Shown here: positions 26,697 to 36,681 of the stretch, piece after piece
How positions within the stretch are numbered: position 1 is the first letter of the stretch
Layout: each line of letters opens with the position of its first letter
From: Trichoplax sp. H2
Taxonomy: Eukaryota
DNA length: 36,681 bases
NCBI GenBank assembly: GCA_003344405.1
Contig: NOWV01000235.1
Span: 62,001-98,681, forward strand
Reading direction: 5' to 3'
Notes under the pieces: model-generated
What the model was told of the DNA's origin: nothing
Databases searched by the model: none
The model's input: the letters and a program-made list of their open reading frames with translations, nothing else
Translations under genes and position numbers: made by a program

Positions 26697-29600
26697 TTAC
26701 GAATGAGGTGGAATATGATCCTTAATCTGGGGATCACAGATTGTACACAGCTCTTCTTCTAAAGTTTCATGTCTGTAGGCTACACGAATACCAGGGACAT
26801 TCGTGCAACTGATAGAATTTGATTCAATACCCTCTTTCAGGTAATTTTCTCCTAGCCAATGTTTCTTCAACTATTGGAGGTGTTCAAAATGGTGTTGCAA
26901 TTACATTATCAATCTATTACTGTAATTACAAAATATTCGACTTTTAATTATTATCTTACATTGTGCTCGAAACCACTCATCCACACACTATTTCGGGCCA
27001 GTTCACACATATCACAAGGGTTAAGTTTCCATACTTGTGCTGCAATACTATATTCTTCCATCAAAGGTTCCTAAACAACAGGTAGAATATTCGCTTTATG
27101 TTTAGAATGGCATTATTTGATGGAAGTGATTTTACTATTCATATAAAATAAACAGAGGGATTAATTGATACTCTAAATACCTTTGTAAAATGGAATTGTA
27201 GAGGGTCATCAGACGAAATCGATACAATTAGCCCTCTTGCATGATACGATGGAAGAGGGTTTCGATGATAATTCAGAAACAATGAATTGTTACTTAAAGG
27301 TGACATTGCAATGCCCACCTGAGCCAAATAATATAAATATTGCAAAGCGGGAACCTGCAAGGAAAGCCGACAATTATTATATATTACTCCCAAGTTATTT
27401 CTAAGATTCGATAGATGATAATAAATGTACATGCATATCACACACGCAGTTAAAGATAACATTTATAGAATTGAATATTCATTATACCTTTCGCAGTAAT
27501 AAACCATGAGAAATATTTTGCGCTAAGATAAAAGCAGCCATCAAGTGCTCTACCGAACCTGCTTCTCCACAATGTGGTCGAAACATAAAACAGTTAAGAC
27601 CACGTTGCCTATATTCGTATAAACGAATTTTGCGATTATTTTCTATTCAAATGTAATACATACATCTATAATTAGGTTTTATATTTACAAAGAGTTAAGG
27701 TGACCTACTTTCGTAAATTATTTAGCGCAGTAATATTGGCAAACATGTAAAAACAATAATAAGAGTATGGAGGATTCTCCGGTAGATCCCATTCATTTGG
27801 CAATGGGCTATCTTCATGAAATAAATGGTTTTCAGCTTTACTTTCGTCATCTACACTATCAAAGCCAATTAGCTGTATAACGTATACGAATGAAAACATA
27901 GATTGCGTTAGTGTATTCAATTATCGAACTTTAAGGTATGCAAATAATTTAAAATCTATTAAAATATTTTGTCAAGAGTTCAACCTGTGGCAAAAAACGG
28001 TGCAATTCCGGGTGAGAACTAGGATTGCATGTGACTTCAAACAGGGGTGTGAATATGTTATCCAACATTTCTTGGAAATTATTGAGGAGGTTATTGGATT
28101 TATAAATGTTACTAGTTATTAGAACCAATATTAAATGTAAAGATTAGTTTAATATAGTGACACAATTAAAAATGCTTTATTTACTGAACGCTAAAACTTA
28201 CTACAGACGAGGGATTTGGATTAGCCATCTCACATTATCTGAATACACGCTGTTGTTCACAGCCCATCTAGCTAATTTATCCCATTCAATTTTCGATTTG
28301 CCGTATATTGATAAGCGGGGCTCAGCCATTTGGTATTTGCTGTCTTCTAGTTCGTATGCAACCTCCTACACAAACGAATTATCCTTGAGCAAGTGATACA
28401 ATTAAAAGGTAATGGGAAATTAAATACCTTGATTAGCTCTCCAAAATATCTTCCATCGACGTAATTGTCAGTTTTCAAAAATATCTCTCTTAATCGACTT
28501 TCCCCTGTAAAAGTTGCGAAGTTATTCATTTTTAGCCTAGCTGATTTTAAGCGTAACGAAACATTGGTAACAAGCTCACCAATAGGGTTATACTTGAGAT
28601 TGAATTTATCGAATCGATGAAAAGTGTTTCGGTCCTAGAATACGAATATCATGGTTATATCCAACTTAAGAACAAGATAATTAAGATTTGCTAAGTTGTT
28701 GAAAAGATATATATATATTAACATACCGCATGGACATCCAACTTATCAACACTTAAGTCATATGACGTAAGATTAAGACTCCTAAAAACCTAACGAAGCG
28801 TGAAAGTTAAAAAATAACGTTCAAATTCGAGGTCTACAGTAAAAACAAATATATTCTTTAAACTATATTAAAATTGTTACTTTTTCCAAGGTCATCACAT
28901 TTCCATTACGAAACAAGACCTCTTCGTTCGGACAATTTTTCATTTTATTCTTAATAAATCGTAGTAAGTGTTTTTGATTCATGCATGAGGCCGCGTGAAC
29001 GTGAGTGTCAACCTATATAAAAATTGGTATACAATGGACCTAGGTTACCAGCTGATAGAGAGACATACGTATTGTATTGTAGAAACCCATTTTTCTTACT
29101 TTTCGGACGTTATAAAAATCTCGATGTGAAACTCGCTTTTGAGCTGCAATCTCATTTGTTTCATTTAGTAACACATGCAAATTAAATCGTGATTCGAGAA
29201 AAGACATTCGACGATACGCAAATGATTTTCTATAAAATTTCAAAAATGATTCAAATCTTAGTACAGCGCTTTCGACTTGTTAAAATGCCTATAACGCCTA
29301 TCATTCTTAATACTCGTATTTACATTGGTCCATGAGAACATAAAGCTAACAGAACGTTTCTATCCGAAACAAATTCCTGTACATCCGGATGTTTCAAGTC
29401 CAGTGGTTTTTCTCGCTCTAATGCATCCTTATCTTCATAGACCATGACAATACCATTTTTTATTTTACAAACGTTACCATTATCTGGTAAAAATTCGATA
29501 TCGAAGGGGTTTACATCTTCAAAAGATTCTGTCGGTAATCCTAATGTATAAAGCACAAGATAAGGTTTAGTATGGCCATAGCATCGATGTTGTGTATCGA

Positions 29601-30382
29601 ATCTATTTTATTTGAATATAACGATCATCCTTTAGTTTGGTATGTACCGGCACAAATTGAGCGAGCAACATCTTCGTGATCGATACATTCAAGAGATTTA
29701 TCAACATAAGTTTTTAGTGCCTTTTCGGTAGTACGGCAGAAACTTTGCCTGCTAATTTTCATATACTTCTGACGAATAAGTAATGCCTTGACGAAAAAGC
29801 TTGACGCCTCTTCTAGATTTCCCAGTAATATCTGTATTGATAGAATATTATCGTATTAGCGGTGATATGATTTGTTTAAACTAAATGGTTGTATTCAAAA
29901 TGAACGCAAGTGTGTGTTATTATCACTTACACCGGAGTGACTGCATTCGTCTTCGTCAACATGAATTCTATGAAATTTTGTTGAATCTAGAAATCGTTCG
30001 CGATTGCACTGTGATCGATAACGACTAGCTAAATCTAAGCAAAGGAAATTATTTAAATTTCGTCGATTAGAACTATTTCAATATTTTTTTGGTAAATATT
30101 TAGAATTGAAATCATTCATCAGATGAATAATGGAAAGTCATTCAAAAATTTTGAGAAATGTAAGGCAAGTTTATTTTACGCAAAACATAAATAACACAAT
30201 CAATGAACAGAGAAATACACATGTCAATAGTTTTGCCATTCATACCTTCATCTTTCGCATTCTTAAATTCTAGTTCTTTAATTCCTGCTTGCAACATAGT
30301 AGTTTGTAGAGCATCTTCATGAATTTGACGTTGAGCGATATCATCATCCGGCATTTCGAATAAGGAAGCATCCGGTGTAGAA
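26697..30382 (-). CDS. AMPD: AMP deaminase, core coding exons (16 exons; first exon lies upstream)
   Basis: Minus-strand exons in transcript order: 30382-30246, 30034-29931, 29831-29648, 29540-29324, 29229-29100, 29012-28881, 28789-28727, 28634-28580, 28504-28428, 28365-28202, 28111-27985, 27872-27709, 27608-27488, 27354-27181, 27070-26960, 26870-26697. Total 2134 nt, phases compatible. Motifs: [29 protein letters not shown] (Zn-binding HxH), [63 protein letters not shown] (adenosine/AMP deaminase signature). The two most 5' exons are poorly conserved and less certain. Confidence 0.95.
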
Positions 30383-30625
30383 CTACAAACGGTGATTGTA
30401 ATTAGCAAGGGAAAGAATGATCCACAAGCAGTCAATTTTAAACGTTTACTTTCTAGAAATATTGCATCGGATAAACAAACGCATCCTTCTGAATTGAGCT
30501 ATTACTTAAAGGCCTTGATTGGTTACACCAGGACAACAAGTTTGAATTTGAACGCATAGCAAGGGGTTTCCATTAGCGCATATCGTGATATAAAGTAATT
30601 GTTTCTAAATCAATACAGTACATAC

Positions 30626-30630
30626 TTCAT
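30626..30630 (-). other. Possible alternative proximal AMPD start micro-exon (ATG AA|gtatgt)
   Basis: ATG followed 2 nt later by a GTATGT donor, phase 2, about 240 nt upstream of the 30382 acceptor. It would give a ~712-aa isoform. Start context is weak and it could be chance. Confidence 0.3.
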
Positions 30631-31641
30631 TTATTTTAGGCTTTTCTACCTTCCCTTTATCAAAAGTTTTAAAAAGACAGATAGGAAATGACTTTTTTCA
30701 TCGTATCGCAATACCCTAGACGAGCTGCTTTGAACTAGTAGTCAAGTAGACAACACAAGTATGCAACCGTTGTGTGATGAGTAGTGGGACATGATTTGAT
30801 TGTCTTCTGCGGTATTCTAAAAGTGTGATGACAACAACTTTAGTTTTTGAATACTCTAGTATACGTAGGGTATGTTGGTATCGCGCACTATCTGTTGAAG
30901 AGAATAAGCAAATAATCCTCTAATTGACAATAACATTACTTTGGAGTTGTCTGGTGAGTGGAATTGATTTTGATCAAACGTAGGAGTCCCTGTGACCATA
31001 GAAAAGATATCTGTTGCGTAGAACTACAGACATGCACGTGCTTCTATATCCTCTATCAAATAAAAGGCTAATGTTGTCATTTGACGACTTGAAAATCGAT
31101 CATTTGAATACGGCGGGGCAACAGATTTTTGCAAAGTTTTCAAATTGAATTGTATACGCCAAAGTAAAACTTTAGTAAACACTTTGGTAAACTGTTATCA
31201 ATACAATTGTAAAAAGGAAAATGGACTGATATCGATGATACAAAAAAAGTACAATCTTTAACAGTAATTTTACCGTTGACTCATCAACTGAATAAGAAAG
31301 AGTTTTATCTAAGCGATAGAATGAAGAACTCTATTTTGTTACTGCGTCTATTGTTTCTTGTTGGTTGGTGTTAGTTCTACTGTATCTTCGTCCATCGATT
31401 CAGCTTGAAGGTTGAAATTGAACAAAAGTATTGCATGTCGTGTCACCAAATTGTATACGAAATAGCGCGTAAAAGGTAAACACCTTTGAGCATTATTATT
31501 GCTAACGCTATCGGTAAAGGGAGATGATGGAAATTCCTTTTATTGTACTTTCTGTATGGACATGAAGTTGAAAAAAAAATGTCGTCAGGCGATTACTGTA
31601 CAATATTGCTAATGGATATTGATTGCTGTAAGTGACTATTA

Positions 31642-31665
31642 TAATAATAATAATTATTATTATTA
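31642..31665. repeat. Self-complementary microsatellite (TAA)4(TTA)4
   Basis: Read directly from the sequence. Confidence 0.8.
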
Positions 31666-32946
31666 AGGAAAAAGTAGTTGGATCTCAATTTCACCCATAC
31701 TCCATTTTCAATTGTAACCTTGTTCAAGATTGTTATTTTGATCCAATATGGCTCCTTGGTGAATCAAGATTGCTTTTGTATCTCATTACAGTAAATCGTC
31801 GCTATTGTACTGTCTAGAAAGATGGCGATGCAGAGAGTCATTCAATCCTGTACTCTCTTTTACGAATTGTAAGCTGTGGTATTCTAATAGGAAAGATTTC
31901 TCCATACTAACGCAAAGCGTATATAAGTTGGTTATTGATAAGAGAAGATGCGAGTACGTTATGAGATGAGGGAATTTGTCTTCAAGATTGAGTATCATTC
32001 AAATCGATTAGCAACGACAATGCTTGCCATTCGGTGGAGCTATATCAATCGACTTGTATCCGATCTACAGTACTGCATATTGAATGTGTATTGTGTCGAT
32101 GGAGGATTAAGACAATCATTACCTACTACGATCTTGTCCATACATCGAATGATCAGAGAATAAAAGTTCACGATTGAGTTCAGTCATGATAGAATTTCCC
32201 GCTTTGAATGTGAGCTGATGCAAGACTTTAATGTTAATAATGTCACCAAATGAGTTGTTTGCTTGTAAAAAAATGAGAACCAACTGAGAATGATGACCAT
32301 TAATAAGAAGAATAGTTCTTCAATTGCTTTCATGGACGATCGATAGTCATCCAGTAGGATTACATTAGCCAGCATCGAATGCCAACTTTAGTGGATAAAC
32401 TCATTGATTTGCCTACTAAAATAACCAGTTCATCCCATGTAAAACTGTCTACGAGTCGACTCTACAGGATCAATTCTATCTACGGCTTGCCATTCGTCTT
32501 GATATCAACACCAGCTGCAGACTAATCCCATCATTTCCTCTATACGTGCTTATATATATCAATTTTTCCACTTGATTATCTGTTTCAATCGATTGTATAT
32601 AAGCATGGACTCCGAAGTGAAAATGACCAACTACTACAGTACAATGGTCGATGCATCAGCGTCCTGACTGACATTGTACTGTACTCGACTGTACACAGTA
32701 TCACAAATGAGCGGACGAAATTGGACTTAGTACTGTAGATAAATGAAGCCATTTGGAATCAATTTGATGTGAAAATTAGCAAAAATGCAAAACTTCATGT
32801 CCCAAATTGAATGTTAGACTTATTAGGCTACATCGACAGTACATCAATTTGATCCACTTCCATGGAGGCTTGATTGAACGTGCATGCATATCATTTTCTT
32901 TTTCCATTTTGTACAGTACTTTATACCGCAGAAGATGGAATGTTCC

Positions 32947-32966
32947 GGGGGAGGGGAGGGGGAGGG
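32947..32966 (+). other. Potential G-quadruplex-forming tract GGGGGAGGGGAGGGGGAGGG
   Basis: Four runs of 3 or more G separated by single-A loops, inside the inferred AMPD intron 1. Confidence 0.6.
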
Positions 32967-35387
32967 ATACACAATAAAAAAATGGCCGTGTGGACATAAA
33001 GACATTTCACATCTAGCGAGCCAAATAGATATTTCAATGTGGGAAAAGATGTCGCGGTTAACGCTGATAGACAGTACCTGGTCATTAGACAATTTCAATT
33101 GACCAATGGAAATTCTTAGTTCATGAACATCTGACTACATCATCATCATTACAGTTCTGGAACATGGGATACAATCAGGTTGTGACTACAAGCGATATGC
33201 CTACTGTAGATCACATGGAATCGCGTTTGAATTAATTCAATAAATTGGCATCTCACAGTTTTCGACTGTGCTGTTGAGTATAGACTACTGAATAAGTAGC
33301 GTGTTGTTCGATTGTTGTTTCTACTAAGCAAGTAAGTATAGACTATAGGTGAAGAAGTCTAAAAATTGGTGCAATTATGAGTCACTTTATAACTATGTCG
33401 TGTTGGAAGAAACGACTTCGTTTAGCAGCTACTGCGTCCAGTCATGGACTACTTCATTAAAAGGATCTTTTATTTGAGTAGCCCATAGCAAAGCAGCAAT
33501 GTTTATTCTAAAATCCAAACCATAACAAATTACCATGTAGCCATCGCCATCAAATACAGTATCATACTTTATATGGAGGGTCTATTGTACAGTATCATTA
33601 TGTATCTCTAAATCACAGTATTTTTATGTATGGCAGCCTAGCACTTCCACATTGGAATGATTGCATTGCTATGATAAACTTGCCTACACTTTGTGTTATG
33701 TTTTCTGTACACTCACTTGGAATTGTTTAATTTGACCTACAGTACTGTATAAGTGTATATTACCATGCCTTTTAAATTGTTTCCATTGAAGTTTTACCGA
33801 TACTTTTAATTAATGAAGCAATGTATTGATTTAAGTCCAGCTATGTTGTATTGTTGTGAATAAGGAGCATGGATCGGCAGATGAAAAGGCATGGTCGATT
33901 TTCTTCCAAGGCCATTGTGGGAAGGAAACAGTAATTTATGCATCGGTAATTTACGATAAACGTGGTTTGCAGTCCAACGAATACGTATAGCAAAACATAC
34001 GGTAAAATCAGTATTCATGAAATAGTGCATGAGTAGAACTACGAAAAGCATGGAATCCAAGCCTTTTCAAATGCAATATTCAAATGATAAGAATTTTAGT
34101 CACCAGCTCATACAATGTACATTCTATGATGCTTTACTGGAAGGCACAAGTAAATGGGAACTACCTCTTGAAATTCAATACTGATTGATTTTACAGGTGG
34201 ACAAACCAATACTGCTCTTTCACTGCTCGATGTGGTAGTGCGAGAGAAGGCAAATCAACTTCAATACTCTATGAAACAAGATATTGGGCAAGGGGACTTT
34301 TATTCTTTCTCTACGTCAAAACTTGTTTAGGCGGCAACACAGTAGTCTTTACAGTCAAATGTAATTATACAAATACAGCCCAATTGATAGTTAACTTGAA
34401 AGCCTTTTATCGTCATTGATGGTAGATTGTCACAAATTGTATGTTGGTAATCAAGTTTACACGTATTCTTTTTACCACGATGTCATTAACAGATCAAAGT
34501 AGCCTTCCAAGTTTTGTGGCTCTATCGCTCCACTGATGTCATGGTTGCAATCAACATGAACATTTATACCGGCATTTGTGTACATCAAGATCGAGATACA
34601 CGATTGATATTCATTTCCAGAGTACGTATATGATCAACTATCCTGTGAGTCTATTGAAAAAGCATCAACATGTCACTGGTGCAATCTTGTTGGTATGACT
34701 TTGATCATCATGATCCTTTATGCTAGCGATGCTATCGCATTTGATTAGCGTTGGTAAAAGCCTAGACATGATTGATTAGGAAAAGTGGGATAAATCACAT
34801 TAAGAATTCTATTCTATTCTTATTATTTATTTAATTGAATTGTTGATGAGCATAGAGTATCAGGTTATCTACTGTATTATCGACAAGATCGATTACAATA
34901 TGGGACGAAATGATCGTTGTCGTTGCGTCCTACCGTGTTCTACAAAGTACAGTAATTGCAATCTACAGAGAAAATAGGTACAGATGACAGTCCTCATTGG
35001 AATACATAAGGTCGACGTTGCATTTGAAAATGAGACCCAAGCCAATAGCGCTATTACGAGAATAATGTTAGAATGGATAGGAAAGCGTTTGCACTGAGTA
35101 GAACATGTCTACTGTAGTGTAGAGACCCTATTGATCGAAAAGTCTGGCTTGCTATGTTGCATGTAGACTCTATCCCGGTCGCATTGAAGATCCTTCCATC
35201 CCATTACACTTTGCAGAAATCATGATTGGATACTGTCAACATACTGTAGGCAAATGGAATTTTGACGTTGGAGAGTTTTTCCTGGAAGGGTTGCACCGTG
35301 ACTTGTACGGCCATCGTCAGTGACATCGTACAGTATGATTATTGGGGCTAATTACAGGGCGTTCTTATGCCAATCCTATTGCCTTAC

Positions 35388-35536
35388 CTCATTCGATTGA
35401 CGTCACTGGATTTTCCTTTATTTTTCGATGGAATGAGTACAGGGACAGAATTCATTCGGTAAATCTTTTCTGTTATACTTGCAATGACGTCGTCGGTAGA
35501 CGTCTTTTGACGGGCTAAATGTCCATTTGATTCCAT
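35388..35536 (-). CDS. AMPD: Probable first coding exon of the AMP deaminase (MESNGHLARQ...SDVNRM-S), separated from the core by a ~5.0-kb intron
   Basis: ATG in good context (gcaatcATGG), 149-nt open frame, strong donor AG|GTAAGG. It ends in phase 2, which the acceptor at 30382 requires. Joining gives a ~760-aa protein, a normal AMPD size. No recognisable homology, so support is signals and phase only. Confidence 0.62.
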
Positions 35537-35625
35537 GATTGCTGCGGCTAAAATGGATTCTCCAAGTTGTTGAAGATGCACAGTGAGTCGGTAATTGCAA
35601 TTCTTATTGTAATAATTACACCCTT

Positions 35626-36397
35626 TACAAACCCAATTGTCACCCCCTGAAAGTATGTACTGTAGCGAGTTTGGTTTGTACTGTACTCTACAGTACTCAA
35701 CTCTACTCTACTCTACTCAGGGGGTGACAATTGTGGGTTTGTACAGTACAAACCCATTTGAAAGGATGTACTGTAGCGAGTTTGGTTTGTACTGTACTCT
35801 ACAGTACTGTACTCAGGGGTGACAATTGGGTACAAACCCATTTGAAAGGATGTACTGTAGCGAGTTTGGTTTGTACTGTACTCTACTGTACTCAGGGGTG
35901 ACAATTGGGTACAGTACAAACCCATTTGAAAGGATGTACTGTAGCGAGTTTGGCTTGTACTGTACTCTACTGTACTCAGGGGTGACAANNNNNNNNNNNN
36001 NNNNNNNNGCTAAATGTCCATTTGATTCCATGATTGCTGCGGATAAAATGGATTCTCCAAGTTGTTGAAGATGGACAGTGAGTCGGTAATTCCAATTCTT
36101 ATTGTAATAATAATTACACCCTTTACAAACCCAATTGTCACCCCCTGAAAGTATGTACTGTAGCGAGTTTGCTTTGTACTGTACTCTACTGTACTCAACT
36201 CTACTCTACTCTACAGTACTCTACTCAGGGGGTGACAATTGTGGGTTTGTACAGTACAAACCCATTTAAAAGGATGTACAGTACTGTAGCGAGTTTGGTT
36301 TGTACTGTACTCTATGTACTGTACAAGGTGTACAGTACATTTGAAAGGATGTACTGTAGCGAGTTTGGTTTGTACTGTACTCTATGTACAAGGTGTA
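35626..36397. repeat. Complex ~84-bp tandem repeat (VNTR/satellite-like) with internal inverted repeats, interrupted by an N-gap
   Basis: Unit tacaaacccatttgaaaggatgtactgtagcgagtttggtttgtactgtactcta...ctcaggggtgacaattggg starts at 35747, 35831 and 35915 (period 84). A longer variant unit starts at 35626, and again at 36124 after the gap. Degenerate units run from 36255 to ~36397. Confidence 0.92.
36009..36260. other. Second, slightly divergent copy of 35514-~35752 after the N-gap (35989-36008), including the putative AMPD ATG (36031); probable alternate haplotype
   Basis: gctaaatgtccatttgattccatg... recurs right after the gap with several substitutions (gcggcta/gcggata, gatgcac/gatggac, ttgcaat/ttccaat) and an extra AAT. 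Confidence 0.85.
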
Positions 36398-36681
36398 GAA
36401 TTTCTTTCTAGATAAATCAGTGAATATTTTTATGATTTATTTTCGAATAAAACCCATAAAACTGTATATCTGCTTAAAGACTCAGATACTGTACTCAGCG
36501 CCAATAGCTTAAACGATGATACATTATTCTAAGAGTCTGTACCTCAAATTTTTTAAACTGTGTTTGAGCATCATCATTGATTTCAATTTACAACAAGCAT
36601 TCGGTTGCATAGAATTAGCCGCTTGCTTGATTTTGTACCGTGTTGTATACGGCATTGGTGCTAGCCTAGAGTAGCATGACC

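Noticed and set aside
31274..31330. Possible extra AMPD exon on the minus strand (SSSFYRLDKTLSYSVDEST, tag|...|gtaaaa)
   Set aside because: Weak splice sites, and the protein-like frame is phase 0, incompatible with the phase-2 acceptor at 30382.
31632..34060. Cluster of 60-84-aa ORFs on both strands, including a poly-Ile ORF and one with GGGEGEG
   Set aside because: Explained by the (TAA)/(TTA) microsatellite, the G-tract and chance. No consistent exon chain was found, although a nested gene cannot be excluded without transcripts.
35626..36397. Regularly spaced repeats that superficially resemble a CRISPR array
   Set aside because: Whole units are repeated with no unique spacers, there are no cas genes, and the context is a spliced eukaryotic locus.
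35637..36411. Several ORFs with repeated peptides (ERMYCSEFGLYCTL; VEYSTNQTRYSTSF)
   Set aside because: By-products of an 84-bp period divisible by 3. They are open on both strands, some cross the N-gap, and none has splice or homology support.

Overview
AT-rich, intron-rich eukaryotic (animal) genomic DNA, not prokaryotic. Short introns and vertebrate-like exon sizes suggest an early-branching metazoan such as a placozoan (inference). Three spliced genes can be rebuilt exon by exon. Two are tandem, same-strand, 9-exon Rh (Rh50/RhAG-RhBG-RhCG-type) ammonia-channel paralogs (8976-15991 and 20163-25268). The third is a convergent AMP deaminase on the minus strand, with 16 core exons at 26697-30382 and a probable first coding exon at 35388-35536. 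An ammonia-producing enzyme therefore sits tail-to-tail with two ammonia channels, and a palindromic two-way AATAAA lies midway between the stop codons. This is the best candidate for an undescribed system here, but it rests on gene order alone. Other observations: a GC-AG intron in only one Rh paralog, paralog-specific changes at a pore motif and a C-terminal sorting motif, possible alternative AMPD first exons, and a hairpin-rich ~84-bp repeat just upstream of the AMPD start. Two duplications flanked by N-gaps look like uncollapsed haplotypes. No gene was recognised in the first ~8.9 kb. No CRISPR array, rRNA, tRNA or intact transposon was seen.
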